DNA from: an uncultured Nitrospiraceae bacterium
GTDB taxonomy: Bacteria; Nitrospirota; Nitrospiria; Nitrospirales; Nitrospiraceae
DNA: 64,000 nt
Assembly: GCA_963706325.1 (NCBI GenBank)
Contig: CAVPLT010000001.1
Span: 256,001 to 320,000, forward strand
Reading direction: 5' to 3'
Part shown: in pieces, positions 1 to 11,752 of the stretch
How positions within the stretch are numbered: position 1 is the stretch's first letter
How the letters are laid out: each line of letters starts with the position of its first letter
Translations under genes and position numbers: made by a program
Notes under the pieces: model-generated
Seen by the model: the letters and a program-made list of their open reading frames with translations, nothing else
Told to the model about the DNA's origin: nothing
Databases searched by the model: none

Positions 1-557
1 ACAATGTTCGGATCGGCGGTATATACACCATCCACATCCGTATAAATAATGCACCGATCAGCCTTCAACGCAGCCGCCAGCGCGACGGCTGTAAGGTCCG
101 ATCCGCCTCGCCCCAGCGTGGTAACATCCGAGCGGGCATTGATGCCCTGAAACCCCGCCACGACCGGAACGATGCCCTCGGACAGCGCGTCCTTGATGCG
201 ATCGGCCGTAACCCGAGAAATTCTGGCTTTGGTATGAGCGCTGTCGGTATGGATCCCGACCTGCCGACCCGTGAAGGAACGGGCATGCACCCCGCGCCCG
301 CGAAGATCCATGGCGAGTAATGCGATCGTGACTCGCTCTCCCGTGGAGAGCAACATATCCAATTCGCGTTCGTCGGGGATACCCGTCACTTCATGGGCCA
401 ATTTGAGTAGCCGATCGGTTTCGCCGCTCATTGCCGACAGCACGACAACGACGTGATGTCCCTCTTTGTGGGCTCGCTCGACGCGCTCGGCAACCCGATG
501 AATCCGCTCCACGTTGCCGACGGAAGTGCCGCCATATTTTTGAACGATCAGCGCCAC
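1..557 (-). CDS. lysC: Aspartate kinase, N-terminal part (runs off the window's left edge)
   Basis: Not in the ORF track. Manual translation from GTG at 557 gives [19 protein letters not shown]...[13 protein letters not shown]...TTLGRGGSD...[13 protein letters not shown]. Last gene of the hom-thrC operon. Confidence 0.95.
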   Translation of the reverse strand, partial: MALIVQKYGGTSVGNVERIHRVAERVERAHKEGHHVVVVLSAMSGETDRLLKLAHEVTGIPDERELDMLLSTGERVTIALLAMDLRGRGVHARSFTGRQVGIHTDSAHTKARISRVTADRIKDALSEGIVPVVAGFQGINARSDVTTLGRGGSDLTAVALAAALKADRCIIYTDVDGVYTADPNI

Positions 558-562
558 GGATT

Positions 563-1813
563 CTAGGTCCCGCGGGGAAACAGTCGGGTCATGAGTTTCG
601 TCGCATCACGCGGCGCAGTTCCCGCGATATGCTCTTCTTGTTCATGGAAACGCTTGGCCGCTCCTGATTGCGACTGACCAGCACTGTCACAGAGCGCATA
701 TAAGATCGGCGGAGCCGCGGAGACCTGACTGGTTGCCAAACCAGGATCGCAGACCACGAGCAGCCGATAGGACGATTGGGTAGCCAATGCTGTAAGAATC
801 GGACCGACGATCTGGGCATCAAATTGTTCGATGGCTCGGACCTTTTCTCGAACGTCAGTCGCGTGGAGCACATCGTCTGACAGTCCGGCATGAAGATACA
901 CCAAGTCCTTTTTGGCTAACTCCCGCACTGCCGCTTCGACCTGTCCCGCTAACGACTTTGACCCATCTCCGTCATCGAGGGGCCATTCGACCGCCTCCAA
1001 CCCAGCACACAATCCAACCCCGCGATGAACATCGCTGGATGCCACGACAGAACCAGTGATTCCATACCGTTCCGGCAGGGGGGGCCAGAGAGCGGCACGG
1101 CCCTGTCCCCACAACCACAGACAGTTGGCGGGCCGTAAACCCTCCTGCTGGCGCTCCTCGTTGAGTGGATGGTCACGTAGAATGAAAAAGGCCGCGTCCA
1201 TAAGTTTTCGCAAGACATCGGCGCCATCGCCAGCCGGTAACGCGTCCGCAATCGACCGGCCGACCAGTTGCTGAGGATCGATGCATGTCGCGCGTGACTT
1301 CCCCCCGACCCACACCATTAAATGCCGGTGTCCTGCGCCGGGATAGAACTGGATGGACTCCGCCCCGAGTTGTTCATTCACGGCCTCAAGCAGGTCCCTC
1401 GCCTGGTCCGTATCGATGAGGCCGGCGGTCGCGTCCTCCATGACCACATGCGCCCCCAATTTCTTGATCTCGGTCACAATATCCTTGCTACCGGACGCAC
1501 CTTCACCTCGCACCGTCACCATGGTGCAACGAAACACCACATCCTGTTCGCCCACCGTGATCCCTAGGCCGGCCGCTTCGAGCGGACCGGAGCCGAGATA
1601 GTACTTTTTAGGATCGTAGCCGAGCACGGCCACACTGGTGACGTCGCTCCCAACCGGTCCACTTTCTGATGGAAGACTCAGCAGCCCGACTTCGCTACTC
1701 TGGGCAATGCGATCGAGATGAGGAGTCGAGGCCGTGGCAAGAGGCGTCTTCCCACCGAGTTCCGGACAGGGGATGTGAGTCATCCCGTCGGCATGCAGGA
1801 TCAAGTATTTCAT
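563..1813 (-). CDS. apgM: ApgM-type cofactor-independent phosphoglycerate mutase family (proposed homoserine kinase subgroup)
   Basis: Motifs [43 protein letters not shown]. Lies between thrC and lysC. Confidence 0.8.
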   Translation of the reverse strand: MKYLILHADGMTHIPCPELGGKTPLATASTPHLDRIAQSSEVGLLSLPSESGPVGSDVTSVAVLGYDPKKYYLGSGPLEAAGLGITVGEQDVVFRCTMVTVRGEGASGSKDIVTEIKKLGAHVVMEDATAGLIDTDQARDLLEAVNEQLGAESIQFYPGAGHRHLMVWVGGKSRATCIDPQQLVGRSIADALPAGDGADVLRKLMDAAFFILRDHPLNEERQQEGLRPANCLWLWGQGRAALWPPLPERYGITGSVVASSDVHRGVGLCAGLEAVEWPLDDGDGSKSLAGQVEAAVRELAKKDLVYLHAGLSDDVLHATDVREKVRAIEQFDAQIVGPILTALATQSSYRLLVVCDPGLATSQVSAAPPILYALCDSAGQSQSGAAKRFHEQEEHIAGTAPRDATKLMTRLFPRGT

Positions 1814-1831
1814 GCAATGTTCCTGAGGTAA

Positions 1832-2890
1832 TCAGACATGAAGGAGGCGGGCCACATCATCGCGAGTGGCTTTAACTGTCTTCGGCTGACGTGAAATGCC
1901 AATCGCCGTATCGGCATCCTTTAAACCATGCCCGGTCAACGTACACACGACCGTGGCACCTTCTTTCAACATACCGGCGTGACTCATTTTAATGACACCG
2001 GCGACCGATGTCGCTGACGCAGGTTCACAAAAAACACCTTCCTCCATGGCCACCATTGCATAGGCAGACAAGATCTCTTCATCGGTGACCATATCAATGG
2101 CCCCCGACGATTCTTGCACAGCCGTGAGCGCCGACTGCCAACTGGCCGGATTGCCGATCCTGATAGCCGTTGCCACAGTCTGAGGCTCTTCTATCACGTG
2201 ACCCAACACGATGGGCGCCGCGCCGGCAGCCTGAAACCCCATCATTCGCGGCAGGCGCGTCGTTTGATTGGCCGCACGATATTCTCGATAGCCGTTCCAA
2301 TAGGCGGTAATATTACCCGCATTCCCTACGGGAAGTACATGCATAGTAGGCGCATCGCCAAGATCGTCGCAAATCTCCATGGCCGCCGTTTTTTGCCCCT
2401 CGATCCTGTAAGGATTGATGGAATTGACCAATTCCACAGGGTACGTCGCAGAGAGTTCCTTGACGATGGTCAAGGCCTGGTCAAAGTTTCCTTCGACTTG
2501 AATGACGGTAGCTTGATGCATCATCGCTTGCGACAACTTACCGAGCGCAATCTTTCCTGCAGGAATAAGGACATAGACGGCAATCCCTGCCCGCGCCCCA
2601 TACGCGGCGGCCGAAGCGGACGTGTTGCCCGTAGAGGCACAAATCACCGCTCGCGCCCCTCCCTCGAGCGCCTTAGAGATTGCCATGGTCATCCCGCGAT
2701 CCTTGAAGGACCCCGTCGGATTCATACCCTCATATTTGAGATAGAGATCCACCCCCGGCGCAATTTTCTTGGCCAGTCGCGCCGCGCGGATGAGCGGCGT
2801 ATTGCCTTCGCCCAAGGTAATAACGGGCGTCTGGGCCGTCACCGTAAGGAACTTCCGATACTCTTCGATGATGCCGCGCCAGCGAGTCAT
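1832..2890 (-). CDS. thrC: Threonine synthase
   Basis: [17 protein letters not shown] (PLP lysine), [21 protein letters not shown]. Start moved to MTRWRG to avoid overlap with hom. Confidence 0.95.
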   Translation of the reverse strand: MTRWRGIIEEYRKFLTVTAQTPVITLGEGNTPLIRAARLAKKIAPGVDLYLKYEGMNPTGSFKDRGMTMAISKALEGGARAVICASTGNTSASAAAYGARAGIAVYVLIPAGKIALGKLSQAMMHQATVIQVEGNFDQALTIVKELSATYPVELVNSINPYRIEGQKTAAMEICDDLGDAPTMHVLPVGNAGNITAYWNGYREYRAANQTTRLPRMMGFQAAGAAPIVLGHVIEEPQTVATAIRIGNPASWQSALTAVQESSGAIDMVTDEEILSAYAMVAMEEGVFCEPASATSVAGVIKMSHAGMLKEGATVVCTLTGHGLKDADTAIGISRQPKTVKATRDDVARLLHV

Positions 2891-2936
2891 GACATCCTTT
2901 TCGGCCACTCGAGAGACCAAGTCGGAGACCTCATGG

Positions 2937-4250
2937 TCATTCATCCCGCCCTTCAACCCGAATGAGGGTGGTGGGTTCGGAAATGTAGGGCATGGGGTTG
3001 ATGTCCCGAAGGGCGTTCTGCATATCTCGCTCTTTCGCCATATGCGTCATGATGACGACCGGCACCGTTTGCCCTTCCTTGCGTCCTTGCTGCAGCACCG
3101 AAGAAATACTGATGCCGTAACGGCCCAGTACTCCGGCAATCTGCGACAACACACCCGGGCGGTCCAGGACCATGAAACGAATATAGTAGAGTGACGTGAT
3201 TTCTTCCATTGGCCGCATCCGTAAGGGACGCCGTTGATCTTGTTGATATGACGCAGGCGGGACGCGTCCCGTGGCATTCTTGAGCAGATTGCGCGCGATG
3301 GACATGACATCGCTGACTACGGCACTGCCTGTTGGCATCGATCCGGCACCGCGGCCATAGAGGACGACATCCTCCACGGCGTCGCCGACCAATTGAATCG
3401 CATTATACACACCGTCCACCTTGGCGATTTGAGATGCGGATGGGACCATGGTGGGATGCACGCGGGCCTCGATCTCGCCGTCGGAATATTTCGCGATCGC
3501 CAGCAACTTGATCGTAAATCCGAACTCCTTCGCATAGGCGATATCGACCGGCGTGAGCCCGGCAATGCCCTCGGTGTAAATCTCTTTGAAATTGACGGGT
3601 GTGCCATAGGCCAAACTGACCATAATTGCCAACTTATGCGCCGAGTCGATTCCCGCGATATCGAAGGTAGGATCGGCTTCGGCATATCCCGCTTGCTTGG
3701 CGTCCTCCAGCACCACCTCGAATCGTTGTCCCTCAGTGGTCATGCGGCTAAGGATATAATTTGAAGTGCCGTTAATGATGCCATAGATGGATTGGATATT
3801 ATTCGCAGCCAATCCCTCCATCAAGGCACGGATCACAGGAATACCGCCGCCCACACTCGCCTCAAATCCGAGATCGATCCCATGACGGGATGCGGCGGCG
3901 AAGATCTCTTCACCATGTACAGCCAGCAATGCCTTATTGGCCGTTACGACATGTTTGCCTCGCTGTACTGCGTCCAATATGACGCGCTTTGCAAGGTCAT
4001 ACCCACCCATCAACTCGATCACAATATCAACGCGCGGATCGGTCAATACCTGCTGGATATCAGCGGTCAGAACTCCTGGTGGAATGACAATTCCGCGGTC
4101 GCGCGTGATGTCCAAGTCCGCGATACGCACCAAGTTGATCGGCACTCCTACTCGACGCTGAATCAGCTCAGCGTTCTCGATCAAGACGCGGGCAACGCCC
4201 GTTCCGACGGTTCCGAACCCGATTAATCCGACTCCGATTTCCGTCTTCAT
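2937..4250 (-). CDS. hom: Homoserine dehydrogenase with C-terminal ACT domain
   Basis: [43 protein letters not shown]. Confidence 0.97.
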   Translation of the reverse strand: MKTEIGVGLIGFGTVGTGVARVLIENAELIQRRVGVPINLVRIADLDITRDRGIVIPPGVLTADIQQVLTDPRVDIVIELMGGYDLAKRVILDAVQRGKHVVTANKALLAVHGEEIFAAASRHGIDLGFEASVGGGIPVIRALMEGLAANNIQSIYGIINGTSNYILSRMTTEGQRFEVVLEDAKQAGYAEADPTFDIAGIDSAHKLAIMVSLAYGTPVNFKEIYTEGIAGLTPVDIAYAKEFGFTIKLLAIAKYSDGEIEARVHPTMVPSASQIAKVDGVYNAIQLVGDAVEDVVLYGRGAGSMPTGSAVVSDVMSIARNLLKNATGRVPPASYQQDQRRPLRMRPMEEITSLYYIRFMVLDRPGVLSQIAGVLGRYGISISSVLQQGRKEGQTVPVVIMTHMAKERDMQNALRDINPMPYISEPTTLIRVEGRDE

Positions 4251-5443
4251 AAATCCTGATCGTCCATCTTCAAGACTTTTCGAATGCCGCGCAGAGCCTG
4301 GCGCGTGCGATGTTCATTTTCCACCAAGGCAAACCGCACAAACTCGTCTCCCCCTTCTCCAAATCCGATACCCGGGGACACGGCCACCTTGCCATCTCTC
4401 AACAGCAGTTTCGAAAACTCCAGTGAGCCCATGTGTCGAAAGGGGTCAGGAATACGAGCCCAGACGAACATGGTAGCGCGGGGTAATCCTACCTGCCAAC
4501 CGATCCTGTTGAGCCCATTGACGAGGACATTGCGCCGATTTTGATACCGCTGCACAACCTCTTTGACACAGTCTTGCGGGCCGTTCAACGCCACCGTACT
4601 GGCGATCTGAATGGGCTGGAAAATACCATAGTCGAGATAACTCTTGATCTTGGCGAGTGCGCCGACGACTTCGCGGTTACCGACGCAAAATCCGACACGC
4701 CAGCCAGGCATGTTGTAGGCCTTGGAGAGAGTATAAAACTCCACGCCGACATCCTTCGCTTCCGGGACTTGCAGAAAACTGGGCGCCTTATAACCGTCGA
4801 AGGCGATATCGGCATACGCCAAGTCATGAATCACGATGACATCGTGTTCTTTGGCGAACGCCACGATCTTTTTGAAAAACTCAAGATCGACCACTGCAGT
4901 TGTCGGATTATGCGGAAAATTGATCACCAGGATACGGGGCCGTGGCAAGGTCTGGCGGTAGACACGCAGAAGATCGTCAAAAAAATCGCTATCCTGCCGC
5001 AATTCAATCCCGCGCACCTCACCGCCGGCAATAATGAAACTGTACATGTGGATAGGGTAGGTCGGCGTCGGCGTGAGTACGACGTCGCCCGGACCGATCG
5101 TGGCCAGGGCCAAGTGCGCAATACCTTCTTTGGACCCGATCGTCACGATCGCTTCGGTCTCGGGGTCCAACTCCACATCATAGTTTCGCTTATACCAACC
5201 GGTTATGGCATGGCGAAGCTTGGTGATTCCACGCGAAGCCGAGTAGCGATGGTTTTTCGCCTTCTTGGAGGCATCAATCATTTTATCGACAATATGATTG
5301 GGCGTGGGCTGGTCCGGATTGCCCATGCCGAAATCGATAATATCTTCGCCTTGCTGACGCGCCTCAAGCTTCAGACTTTGGACCTGCGCAAACACGTAGG
5401 GGGGAAGTCTTTTAATGCGGTAAAAGCCGTCGCTGATCGCCAT
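4247..5443 (-). CDS. alaC: Class I/II PLP aminotransferase (AlaC / LL-DAP aminotransferase-like)
   Basis: [43 protein letters not shown]. Confidence 0.8.
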   Translation of the reverse strand: MAISDGFYRIKRLPPYVFAQVQSLKLEARQQGEDIIDFGMGNPDQPTPNHIVDKMIDASKKAKNHRYSASRGITKLRHAITGWYKRNYDVELDPETEAIVTIGSKEGIAHLALATIGPGDVVLTPTPTYPIHMYSFIIAGGEVRGIELRQDSDFFDDLLRVYRQTLPRPRILVINFPHNPTTAVVDLEFFKKIVAFAKEHDVIVIHDLAYADIAFDGYKAPSFLQVPEAKDVGVEFYTLSKAYNMPGWRVGFCVGNREVVGALAKIKSYLDYGIFQPIQIASTVALNGPQDCVKEVVQRYQNRRNVLVNGLNRIGWQVGLPRATMFVWARIPDPFRHMGSLEFSKLLLRDGKVAVSPGIGFGEGGDEFVRFALVENEHRTRQALRGIRKVLKMDDQDL

Positions 5444-5514
5444 GAATGTGTCAGACTCCTAAGGGCGAGACCTCTGCCAAATTGGTTTGGTCGCTATGCC
5501 TTTGAAAAAGGCGT

Positions 5515-5543
5515 ATTTTAATTGAGGCCTCAATGTGAGTCAA
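5515..5543 (-). promoter_or_regulatory. sigma70-type promoter for the alaC-hom-thrC-apgM-lysC operon
   Basis: Minus strand TTGACT-17 nt-TAAAAT. The spacer holds the perfect palindrome ATTGAGGCCTCAAT (5521-5534). Confidence 0.65.
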
Positions 5544-5747
5544 TTTCACTAGGATTCTAGTGAGTTGGAGATCATCATCCGTCTTTCGCGGGCAGTACAT
5601 TTGTCGGGACAGACCGTAATATGTCCTCCTTGCTCCTCCCCTCCTGATTCTGTTAATAATGCCCCAGCAACGAGAGAATTGTCTATGAATTTCGGCCAGT
5701 TCTGACACCTTTCTGCTGTATCATTTCATGCAAACTGCGGAGGCGCG

Positions 5748-6461
5748 ATGGCTCGATTGGGCGTCAATATCGATCATGTGGCGACACTGCGGCAGTCACG
5801 CGGCGGAACAGATCCCGATCCCCTGACCGCCGCGATTCTCGTCGAACTAGCCGGGGCCGATGGGCTGGTCGTGCATCTGCGGGAAGACCGCCGACATATT
5901 CAAGATCGCGATCTCACCATGTTGCGGGAAATCGTTCGGACGAAATTGGACCTTGAAATGGCCGCGGATGACGCGATGGCAAAGATCGCGCTCAGCGTCA
6001 AACCAGACCTCGTCACCTTGGTGCCCGAACGACGACAAGAGTTGACCACCGAAGGTGGGCTCGATGTCGTCAATCACCGTGACCGCATTCAAAAAATCGT
6101 CGATTTGCTGCGGGATGGCGGCATCCCTACCAGTCTGTTCGTGGAACCAGGCCTGGATCAAATCAAAGCGGCCCATAAAATCGGGGCAGCCTATGTCGAA
6201 CTGCACACGGGTCGCTACTCCAACGCGAAGCGTTCCAAAGAAGAGGACGAGGAATTTGAGGCCATCACCCAGGCAGCCAAGCTGGCGTATAAACTCGGCC
6301 TCGGTGTAAATGCCGGCCATGGTTTAAATTATAAAAATGTAAAACGTCTGGCCAAGCTGCCGGAGATCGTGGAATTCAACATCGGCCATAGCATTATTGC
6401 CCGCTCAGTCATGGTCGGACTCGTCCAAGCAGTTCGAGAAATGAGGGAACTTGTGGCCTAA
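5748..6461 (+). CDS. pdxJ: Pyridoxine 5'-phosphate synthase
   Basis: LGVNIDHVATLRQ, HLREDRRHI, VELHTG, NAGHGL, NIGHSII. Confidence 0.98.
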   Translation: MARLGVNIDHVATLRQSRGGTDPDPLTAAILVELAGADGLVVHLREDRRHIQDRDLTMLREIVRTKLDLEMAADDAMAKIALSVKPDLVTLVPERRQELTTEGGLDVVNHRDRIQKIVDLLRDGGIPTSLFVEPGLDQIKAAHKIGAAYVELHTGRYSNAKRSKEEDEEFEAITQAAKLAYKLGLGVNAGHGLNYKNVKRLAKLPEIVEFNIGHSIIARSVMVGLVQAVREMRELVA

Positions 6462-6516
6462 ATCCGCGGCCCCGTCGGCAGCATAGACTGGCCGTACCGC
6501 AGGTCACTGATACACC

Positions 6517-8073
6517 ATGATACCCATCGTGACCGCCGACCAGATGCGCGCCCTTGATCACCGAACGATCACGGAAGCGCATGTCTCCTCCCTCACCCTC
6601 ATGGAGCGAGCAGGCGCAGGAGTGGTCGCCCAGATGGAAGAACGGTTTGGGCCGCTCGCCGGAAAATCGATCGCCGTCGTCTGCGGCAAGGGAAACAACG
6701 GGGGTGACGGATTCGTCATCGGTCGATTGTTGCGACGAAGTAAGGTTCGAGTGCAGCTGCTGCTACTCGTCTCTCCAACCGAGCTCGGTCGCGACGCGAA
6801 AACCATGTATCAACTGTTTCAGCGGGCGGCAGGACAATCGGCCATCACCCGCCCTACCGATGCCGAGGATCTACGCCGACGGCTCACTGCCAGCGATATC
6901 ATCGTTGATGCCATCGTGGGAACTGGCCTGTCCGCCCCTATCGACGATCTCTACCGTGACGCGATTCTGGCAATCAATGCCGCGGGCCGCCCCACCGTTG
7001 CCGTGGACCTTCCATCCGGCCTCCACGCAGATACAGGAAACGTTCTGGGAGTTGCGGTGCAAGCCGATCTGACGGTGACCTTCGGACTGCCAAAAATCGG
7101 GCTCTATAACGGATCCGGCATCGATTGTTCTGGAACAGTACGGGTGGTCGATATTGGAATTCCGGCGTCGTTTGTCGAGGCCGTCGGCAGTCGCCTGATG
7201 CTTCTGACCGATGCAACGGCCCGTGCGGCGCTCCCCACGCGGCGACCGTCCTCCCACAAAGGAACCTACGGGCATGTCGGCATCGTCGCTGGATCGGTCG
7301 GCAAGACAGGCTCTGCCGCCATGGCCGGCTTGGCGGCACTCCGCGTCGGAACCGGATTGGTCACGGTCGCGGTGCCCTCCAGCGTCAACGACGCGCTGGA
7401 AGCCAAAATGTTGGAGGTGATGACGCTGCCGATGCCGGAGACCAAAGCCCGCACCTTCGCGCGCACCGGCCTGGAGCGCCTCCTGGCCTTCGCCGCCACG
7501 CGAGATGCGGTGGTGATCGGCCCCGGCCTGACGACTCACCCTGAGACGGTCGACTTGGTGCAGGAATTCGTCAAACGTATCGACAAGCCTTGCGTGCTGG
7601 ATGCGGATGCGTTGAACGCCCTGGCAGGAAAAGCCTCGCTGCTGACCCAGTGCAGGCGACCGCCGATCATCACGCCTCACCCAGGAGAGATGGCCAGACT
7701 CGAAACCGATGCGACCACCCAGTCTGTGAATCAAGATCGTCTCGGTACAGCCATGCGATTTGCGCGCGAACGTGGCGCCATCGTGATCCTCAAAGGCGCG
7801 CGCACGGTGATTGCCCGACCGGATGGCTTGACAGCCATTTGTCCTACCGGCAATCCCGGAATGGCCACCGCCGGAACCGGTGATGTCTTGACAGGCATGG
7901 TCGGCGGCCTCCTCGCCCAAAGGCTCTCGCCGTGGGATGCGGCGTGCACTGCTACCTACTTTCACGGACTGGCGGGAGATCTCGCGGCGAATATCTATGG
8001 CCAAGCCGGCATGCTCGCTCGTGATCTAATCCGACAGATTCCTCATGCGCTCACCTCCACCACGCACGAGTAA
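6517..8073 (+). CDS. nnr: Bifunctional NAD(P)H-hydrate epimerase/dehydratase (YjeF/Nnr)
   Basis: LMERAG, GKGNNGGDG, VDLPSG, HKGTYG, DADAL, TPHPGE, ATAGTGDVL. Confidence 0.95.
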   Translation: MIPIVTADQMRALDHRTITEAHVSSLTLMERAGAGVVAQMEERFGPLAGKSIAVVCGKGNNGGDGFVIGRLLRRSKVRVQLLLLVSPTELGRDAKTMYQLFQRAAGQSAITRPTDAEDLRRRLTASDIIVDAIVGTGLSAPIDDLYRDAILAINAAGRPTVAVDLPSGLHADTGNVLGVAVQADLTVTFGLPKIGLYNGSGIDCSGTVRVVDIGIPASFVEAVGSRLMLLTDATARAALPTRRPSSHKGTYGHVGIVAGSVGKTGSAAMAGLAALRVGTGLVTVAVPSSVNDALEAKMLEVMTLPMPETKARTFARTGLERLLAFAATRDAVVIGPGLTTHPETVDLVQEFVKRIDKPCVLDADALNALAGKASLLTQCRRPPIITPHPGEMARLETDATTQSVNQDRLGTAMRFARERGAIVILKGARTVIARPDGLTAICPTGNPGMATAGTGDVLTGMVGGLLAQRLSPWDAACTATYFHGLAGDLAANIYGQAGMLARDLIRQIPHALTSTTHE

Positions 8074-8077
8074 GCCC

Positions 8078-8671
8078 ATGGCTGCGTCATCGTCGCCTCC
8101 TCGACAAAAACGGACGGGAACCCACCCAGTCAGCAAACCTTGGCGCCTCGTCTTGCCATCGCCCCGGCAGACGCAGCGGCTGGGTCTATGCCTTGGCCAA
8201 TTACTCCAAGGAGGGGAGGTGGTGGCCTTGTTTGGGGATCTGGGAACGGGCAAGACCTGGCTGGTTCGAGCCATGGCCGAAGGGTTGCTGGCCGATCCCA
8301 CAGCAGTCAGTAGCCCGACTTTTACGCTGATACATGAATACCAGGGACGGCTCCGTCTCATTCATGCCGATTTATACCGGCTGACTGCCGCACAACTTAA
8401 CGACACGGGACTGAGTGACTACTTAGACGGTCACACCATCACCGCGATCGAGTGGGCTGACCGTTGGAATGTCGGTCTTCCGCCGGATCGTTTAGACATT
8501 CACTTATCACATGGCCCCACCGCGACACGTCGCGCCATTCTGACGGCCACTGGCCCTTCAGCCTCCCGGTTACTGGCTGCCGTTCGGACCCGCCTTTCGA
8601 AGAACTCTCCCACTAGAGAGCCTCAGCCAACCCGTGTACAATTGCCGCGGTCGAGGAGGGCATCGCTTTGA
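8078..8671 (+). CDS. tsaE: tRNA threonylcarbamoyladenosine biosynthesis ATPase TsaE
   Basis: GDLGTGKT, SSPTFTL, HADLYRL, IEWAD. Follows nnr. Confidence 0.93.
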   Translation: MAASSSPPRQKRTGTHPVSKPWRLVLPSPRQTQRLGLCLGQLLQGGEVVALFGDLGTGKTWLVRAMAEGLLADPTAVSSPTFTLIHEYQGRLRLIHADLYRLTAAQLNDTGLSDYLDGHTITAIEWADRWNVGLPPDRLDIHLSHGPTATRRAILTATGPSASRLLAAVRTRLSKNSPTREPQPTRVQLPRSRRASL

Positions 8672-9012
8672 TTCGTTTGATTTTGGTGGGCACCCTACTT
8701 CTACTCGCACTGTCGTTTGTTTTGCAGAATCAAGAGCAGGAAGTCACGTTGCGGTATTTTTTCGGCCTTCGCTCGGCCTCGATCCTGATCTATAAGCCGA
8801 TCTTAGCCGCATTTGGGGTCGGCCTCCTCGTATCGGGAATTCTGTTGTTTCCAGCCTGGGTACGAGGTCGGATTGAACTCAGGCGAAAAACCAAGGCGCT
8901 CCAAGAAGCTGAAATGGATTTGGAACGTCTCCGACAGGCGCTGGATAAGGCCGCGCGCCGCGGAAGCCCATCGGCAATCACAGAATCCGCGGGAGACCCC
9001 TCTGATGGGTGA
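8668..9012 (+). CDS. LapA-family membrane protein
   Basis: N-terminal TM followed by F.LQN, then a second TM and a coiled coil. Overlaps tsaE and mutS. Confidence 0.7.
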   Translation: MIRLILVGTLLLLALSFVLQNQEQEVTLRYFFGLRSASILIYKPILAAFGVGLLVSGILLFPAWVRGRIELRRKTKALQEAEMDLERLRQALDKAARRGSPSAITESAGDPSDG

Positions 9013-11650
9013 CATCGACGGCACCCCGTTGATGCGGCAGTATCGCGAGATCAAACAAGCCTATCGCGATGCCATTGTATTTTTCCGTGTCGGTGATTTC
9101 TATGAAATGTTTCAGGAGGATGCCGTCGAAGCCGCCAAACTCCTGTCGATTGCACTGACCTCACGCGACAAGTCCAGCCCGACGCCGATCCCCCTGTGCG
9201 GGGTCCCCTATCACGCCGCCACTAACTACATTGCGAAACTTCTCCGTGCCGGCCGAACCGTCGCCCTCTGCGAACAAGTGGAGGATCCCAAACTTGCCAA
9301 GGGCTTAGTGCGGCGGGAAGTCGTCCGGCTCTACACTCCCGGCACCTTGATCGATAGCGAATTCCTTCCTTCCAGCGAATCGAACGTGCTGGCCGCGGTG
9401 GCCACGCGTCTCCGCTTCGGCGGAACCAACCGCAAGGAACTGTCTTTGGGATTGGCCACACTCGACGTATCAACCGGAGAATATTGGATCAGTGAATTCG
9501 ATGGCGCGCAGGCGCAGACCACCCTCTTGGACGAGCTCGCACGACTTGAGCCGAGAGAATTGTTGATCGCCGAGGGACTTTCGTCAGAGGAGAAACGTTG
9601 GATGGACGAACTGACCGGCCCCCGATTCTGCACCCAACCAGCCGCCTGGTTCGACCTGACCCAGGGGAGAATCAGGCTGCAAGAGCAGTTTCATGTCCAC
9701 TCCCTCGAATCCTTTGGCTGTCACGCGCTTCACCTTGGCATCCAGGCAGGAGCGGCCGTGTTGCGGTATGTGCGTGAAACGCAACCATCTGCTTCACTCA
9801 ACCACATTCGGCAGATACGCGTCAGATATCCCGATGACGCCATGCACCTGGATAGCGTCACTATCCGCAACCTGGAACTTGTCAAACCTGCCGGCCGCTT
9901 GGACGAATCGTCGGGCGCTTCGGCCCATACCCTGCTAGGAGTCCTGGACTGCACCGTCACGGCCATGGGCAGCCGATTGCTCCGCGAATGGCTGCTGCGT
10001 CCATTGGTGACCTGTTCGTCGATCGACGCACGCCTCACGGCGGTCGATGAACTCAAAACTCAACTCGACGCTCGGGTACACCTCCGATCCGCATTGCGAC
10101 CCGTGCAAGACATCTCGCGCCTCTCCAGTCGTATATCACTCGGTGTCGCCAATCCACGAGATCTGTTGGCCCTCACAGTCTCGCTCGCCTCCCTCCCCGT
10201 GGTTCACACAGGATTGGCTGCGCTCAGTGCTCCCCTCCTCACAGATCTATCGACAACCTGGGACAACGCACAGGACCTCTACGAGTTGATCGAACGAGCC
10301 ATCGCAGCCGACGCACCTATTTCGGTGCGCGACGGCAACATCCTGAAGGACGGCTATCATTCGGAAGTGGATGAACTTCGCAAAGCGAGTCGTGAAGGGA
10401 AAAGCTGGATTGCCGGTCTAGAAGCTAAGGAACGGACACGCACCGGCATCGAGTCACTCAAAATCAGGTACAACCAGGTCTTCGGCTATTACATTGAACT
10501 CACAAAAGCTAATCTAGGGAAGGTTCCACCTGACTATATCCGGAAACAAACGTTGGCGAATGCCGAACGCTTCATGACGCCTGAGTTGAAAGACCTAGAA
10601 GAACGTGTGACGGGGGCCGATATCAAGCTAATGGGACTGGAACAAGCCCTCTTCGAACAACTCCGGGCACGATTAGCAGAGCAGACGGCCCGCCTCCAAG
10701 AAATCAGCCGACGGCTGGCCATTGTGGATGTTCTCGCAGCCCTGGCCGAAACCGCCGCACTGAATCGATACGTACGACCGATCGTTGATGAGAGCGGCGA
10801 CCTTCGTATTGTTCAAGGCCGGCACCCCGTTGTGGAACGCCTCGACCTATCCGATGGGTTTGTCCCCAACGATACTCAGTTGGATCTTGGCATGAGCCGT
10901 CTGCACGTTTTAACCGGCCCCAACATGGCGGGAAAGAGCACCTATCTGCGTCAGGTCGCACTCATGACCCTTATGGCCCAGATGGGAAGTTTTGTGCCAG
11001 CCAGAGAGGCGAAGATCGGGATGGTGGATCGCATCTTCACCCGGGTAGGGGCATCCGACAATCTCGCCGGTGGCCAGAGCACGTTCATGGTCGAGATGAC
11101 CGAAACGGCGCACATCCTACACTGCGCGACATCTCGGAGCTTGATCCTCTTGGATGAAATCGGGCGCGGCACAAGCACTTACGATGGCTTGAGCATCGCC
11201 TGGGCGATCGCCGAATACATCCAGGATCCTCAACGGCTCGGCGCACGTACGCTCTTTGCCACGCACTATCACGAGATGACTCAACTGGAAAGTCTACGGG
11301 AAGGCATTACGAACTATTGTGTCGCCGTCCAGGAGCGGGACGGGGAGGTTTTATTTTTGCGCAAAATCATCCCTGGAGGTGCAGATCGGAGTTACGGTAT
11401 CCACGTCGCTCAATTGGCAGGTCTTCCGGATCTGGTCATACATCGCGCCAAGGCTGTCTTGGCTCAGCTTGAATCCTCCTCCACTTCACATCACGTTGCC
11501 GACACCCAGCAGCTGTTAGAGTTTGACGCTACACTACCAACACGACATCCCATGCTTGAGGAGGTACGGCAAATGGATCTCTTCTCGATGACCCCCTTGG
11601 ATGCCCTCAATCGATTGGCAGCCCTACAGCAACGGCTATTGAGCGAATAA
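9005..11650 (+). CDS. mutS: DNA mismatch repair protein MutS
   Basis: TPLMRQY, GDFYEMF, GPNMAGKST, STFMVEM, DEIGRGT, FATHYHE. Start moved to ATG 9005. Confidence 0.98.
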   Translation: MGDIDGTPLMRQYREIKQAYRDAIVFFRVGDFYEMFQEDAVEAAKLLSIALTSRDKSSPTPIPLCGVPYHAATNYIAKLLRAGRTVALCEQVEDPKLAKGLVRREVVRLYTPGTLIDSEFLPSSESNVLAAVATRLRFGGTNRKELSLGLATLDVSTGEYWISEFDGAQAQTTLLDELARLEPRELLIAEGLSSEEKRWMDELTGPRFCTQPAAWFDLTQGRIRLQEQFHVHSLESFGCHALHLGIQAGAAVLRYVRETQPSASLNHIRQIRVRYPDDAMHLDSVTIRNLELVKPAGRLDESSGASAHTLLGVLDCTVTAMGSRLLREWLLRPLVTCSSIDARLTAVDELKTQLDARVHLRSALRPVQDISRLSSRISLGVANPRDLLALTVSLASLPVVHTGLAALSAPLLTDLSTTWDNAQDLYELIERAIAADAPISVRDGNILKDGYHSEVDELRKASREGKSWIAGLEAKERTRTGIESLKIRYNQVFGYYIELTKANLGKVPPDYIRKQTLANAERFMTPELKDLEERVTGADIKLMGLEQALFEQLRARLAEQTARLQEISRRLAIVDVLAALAETAALNRYVRPIVDESGDLRIVQGRHPVVERLDLSDGFVPNDTQLDLGMSRLHVLTGPNMAGKSTYLRQVALMTLMAQMGSFVPAREAKIGMVDRIFTRVGASDNLAGGQSTFMVEMTETAHILHCATSRSLILLDEIGRGTSTYDGLSIAWAIAEYIQDPQRLGARTLFATHYHEMTQLESLREGITNYCVAVQERDGEVLFLRKIIPGGADRSYGIHVAQLAGLPDLVIHRAKAVLAQLESSSTSHHVADTQQLLEFDATLPTRHPMLEEVRQMDLFSMTPLDALNRLAALQQRLLSE

Positions 11651-11686
11651 GCACCGCATAGAGTGGTCATATCACACTAGTTCGAT

Positions 11687-11730
11687 AAAGAAAAAGGCGG
11701 CACCCCTGTCGGAGAGCCGCCTTCTCTTTT
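11687..11730. terminator. Bidirectional intrinsic terminator
   Basis: AAGGCGGC...GCCGCCTT stem with A-rich and T-rich flanks, between convergent genes. Confidence 0.75.
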
Positions 11731-11752
11731 CAAGCCTATGGGTTGCCAGAAA

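Noticed and set aside
4541..5521. 326-aa plus-strand ORF
   Set aside because: Antisense shadow of the alaC-like gene; no motifs.
6462..6516. No acpS between pdxJ and nnr
   Set aside because: Ordinary gene-order variation; the gene may be elsewhere in the genome.
6871..8004. 377-aa minus-strand ORF
   Set aside because: Antisense shadow of nnr, common in GC-rich DNA.
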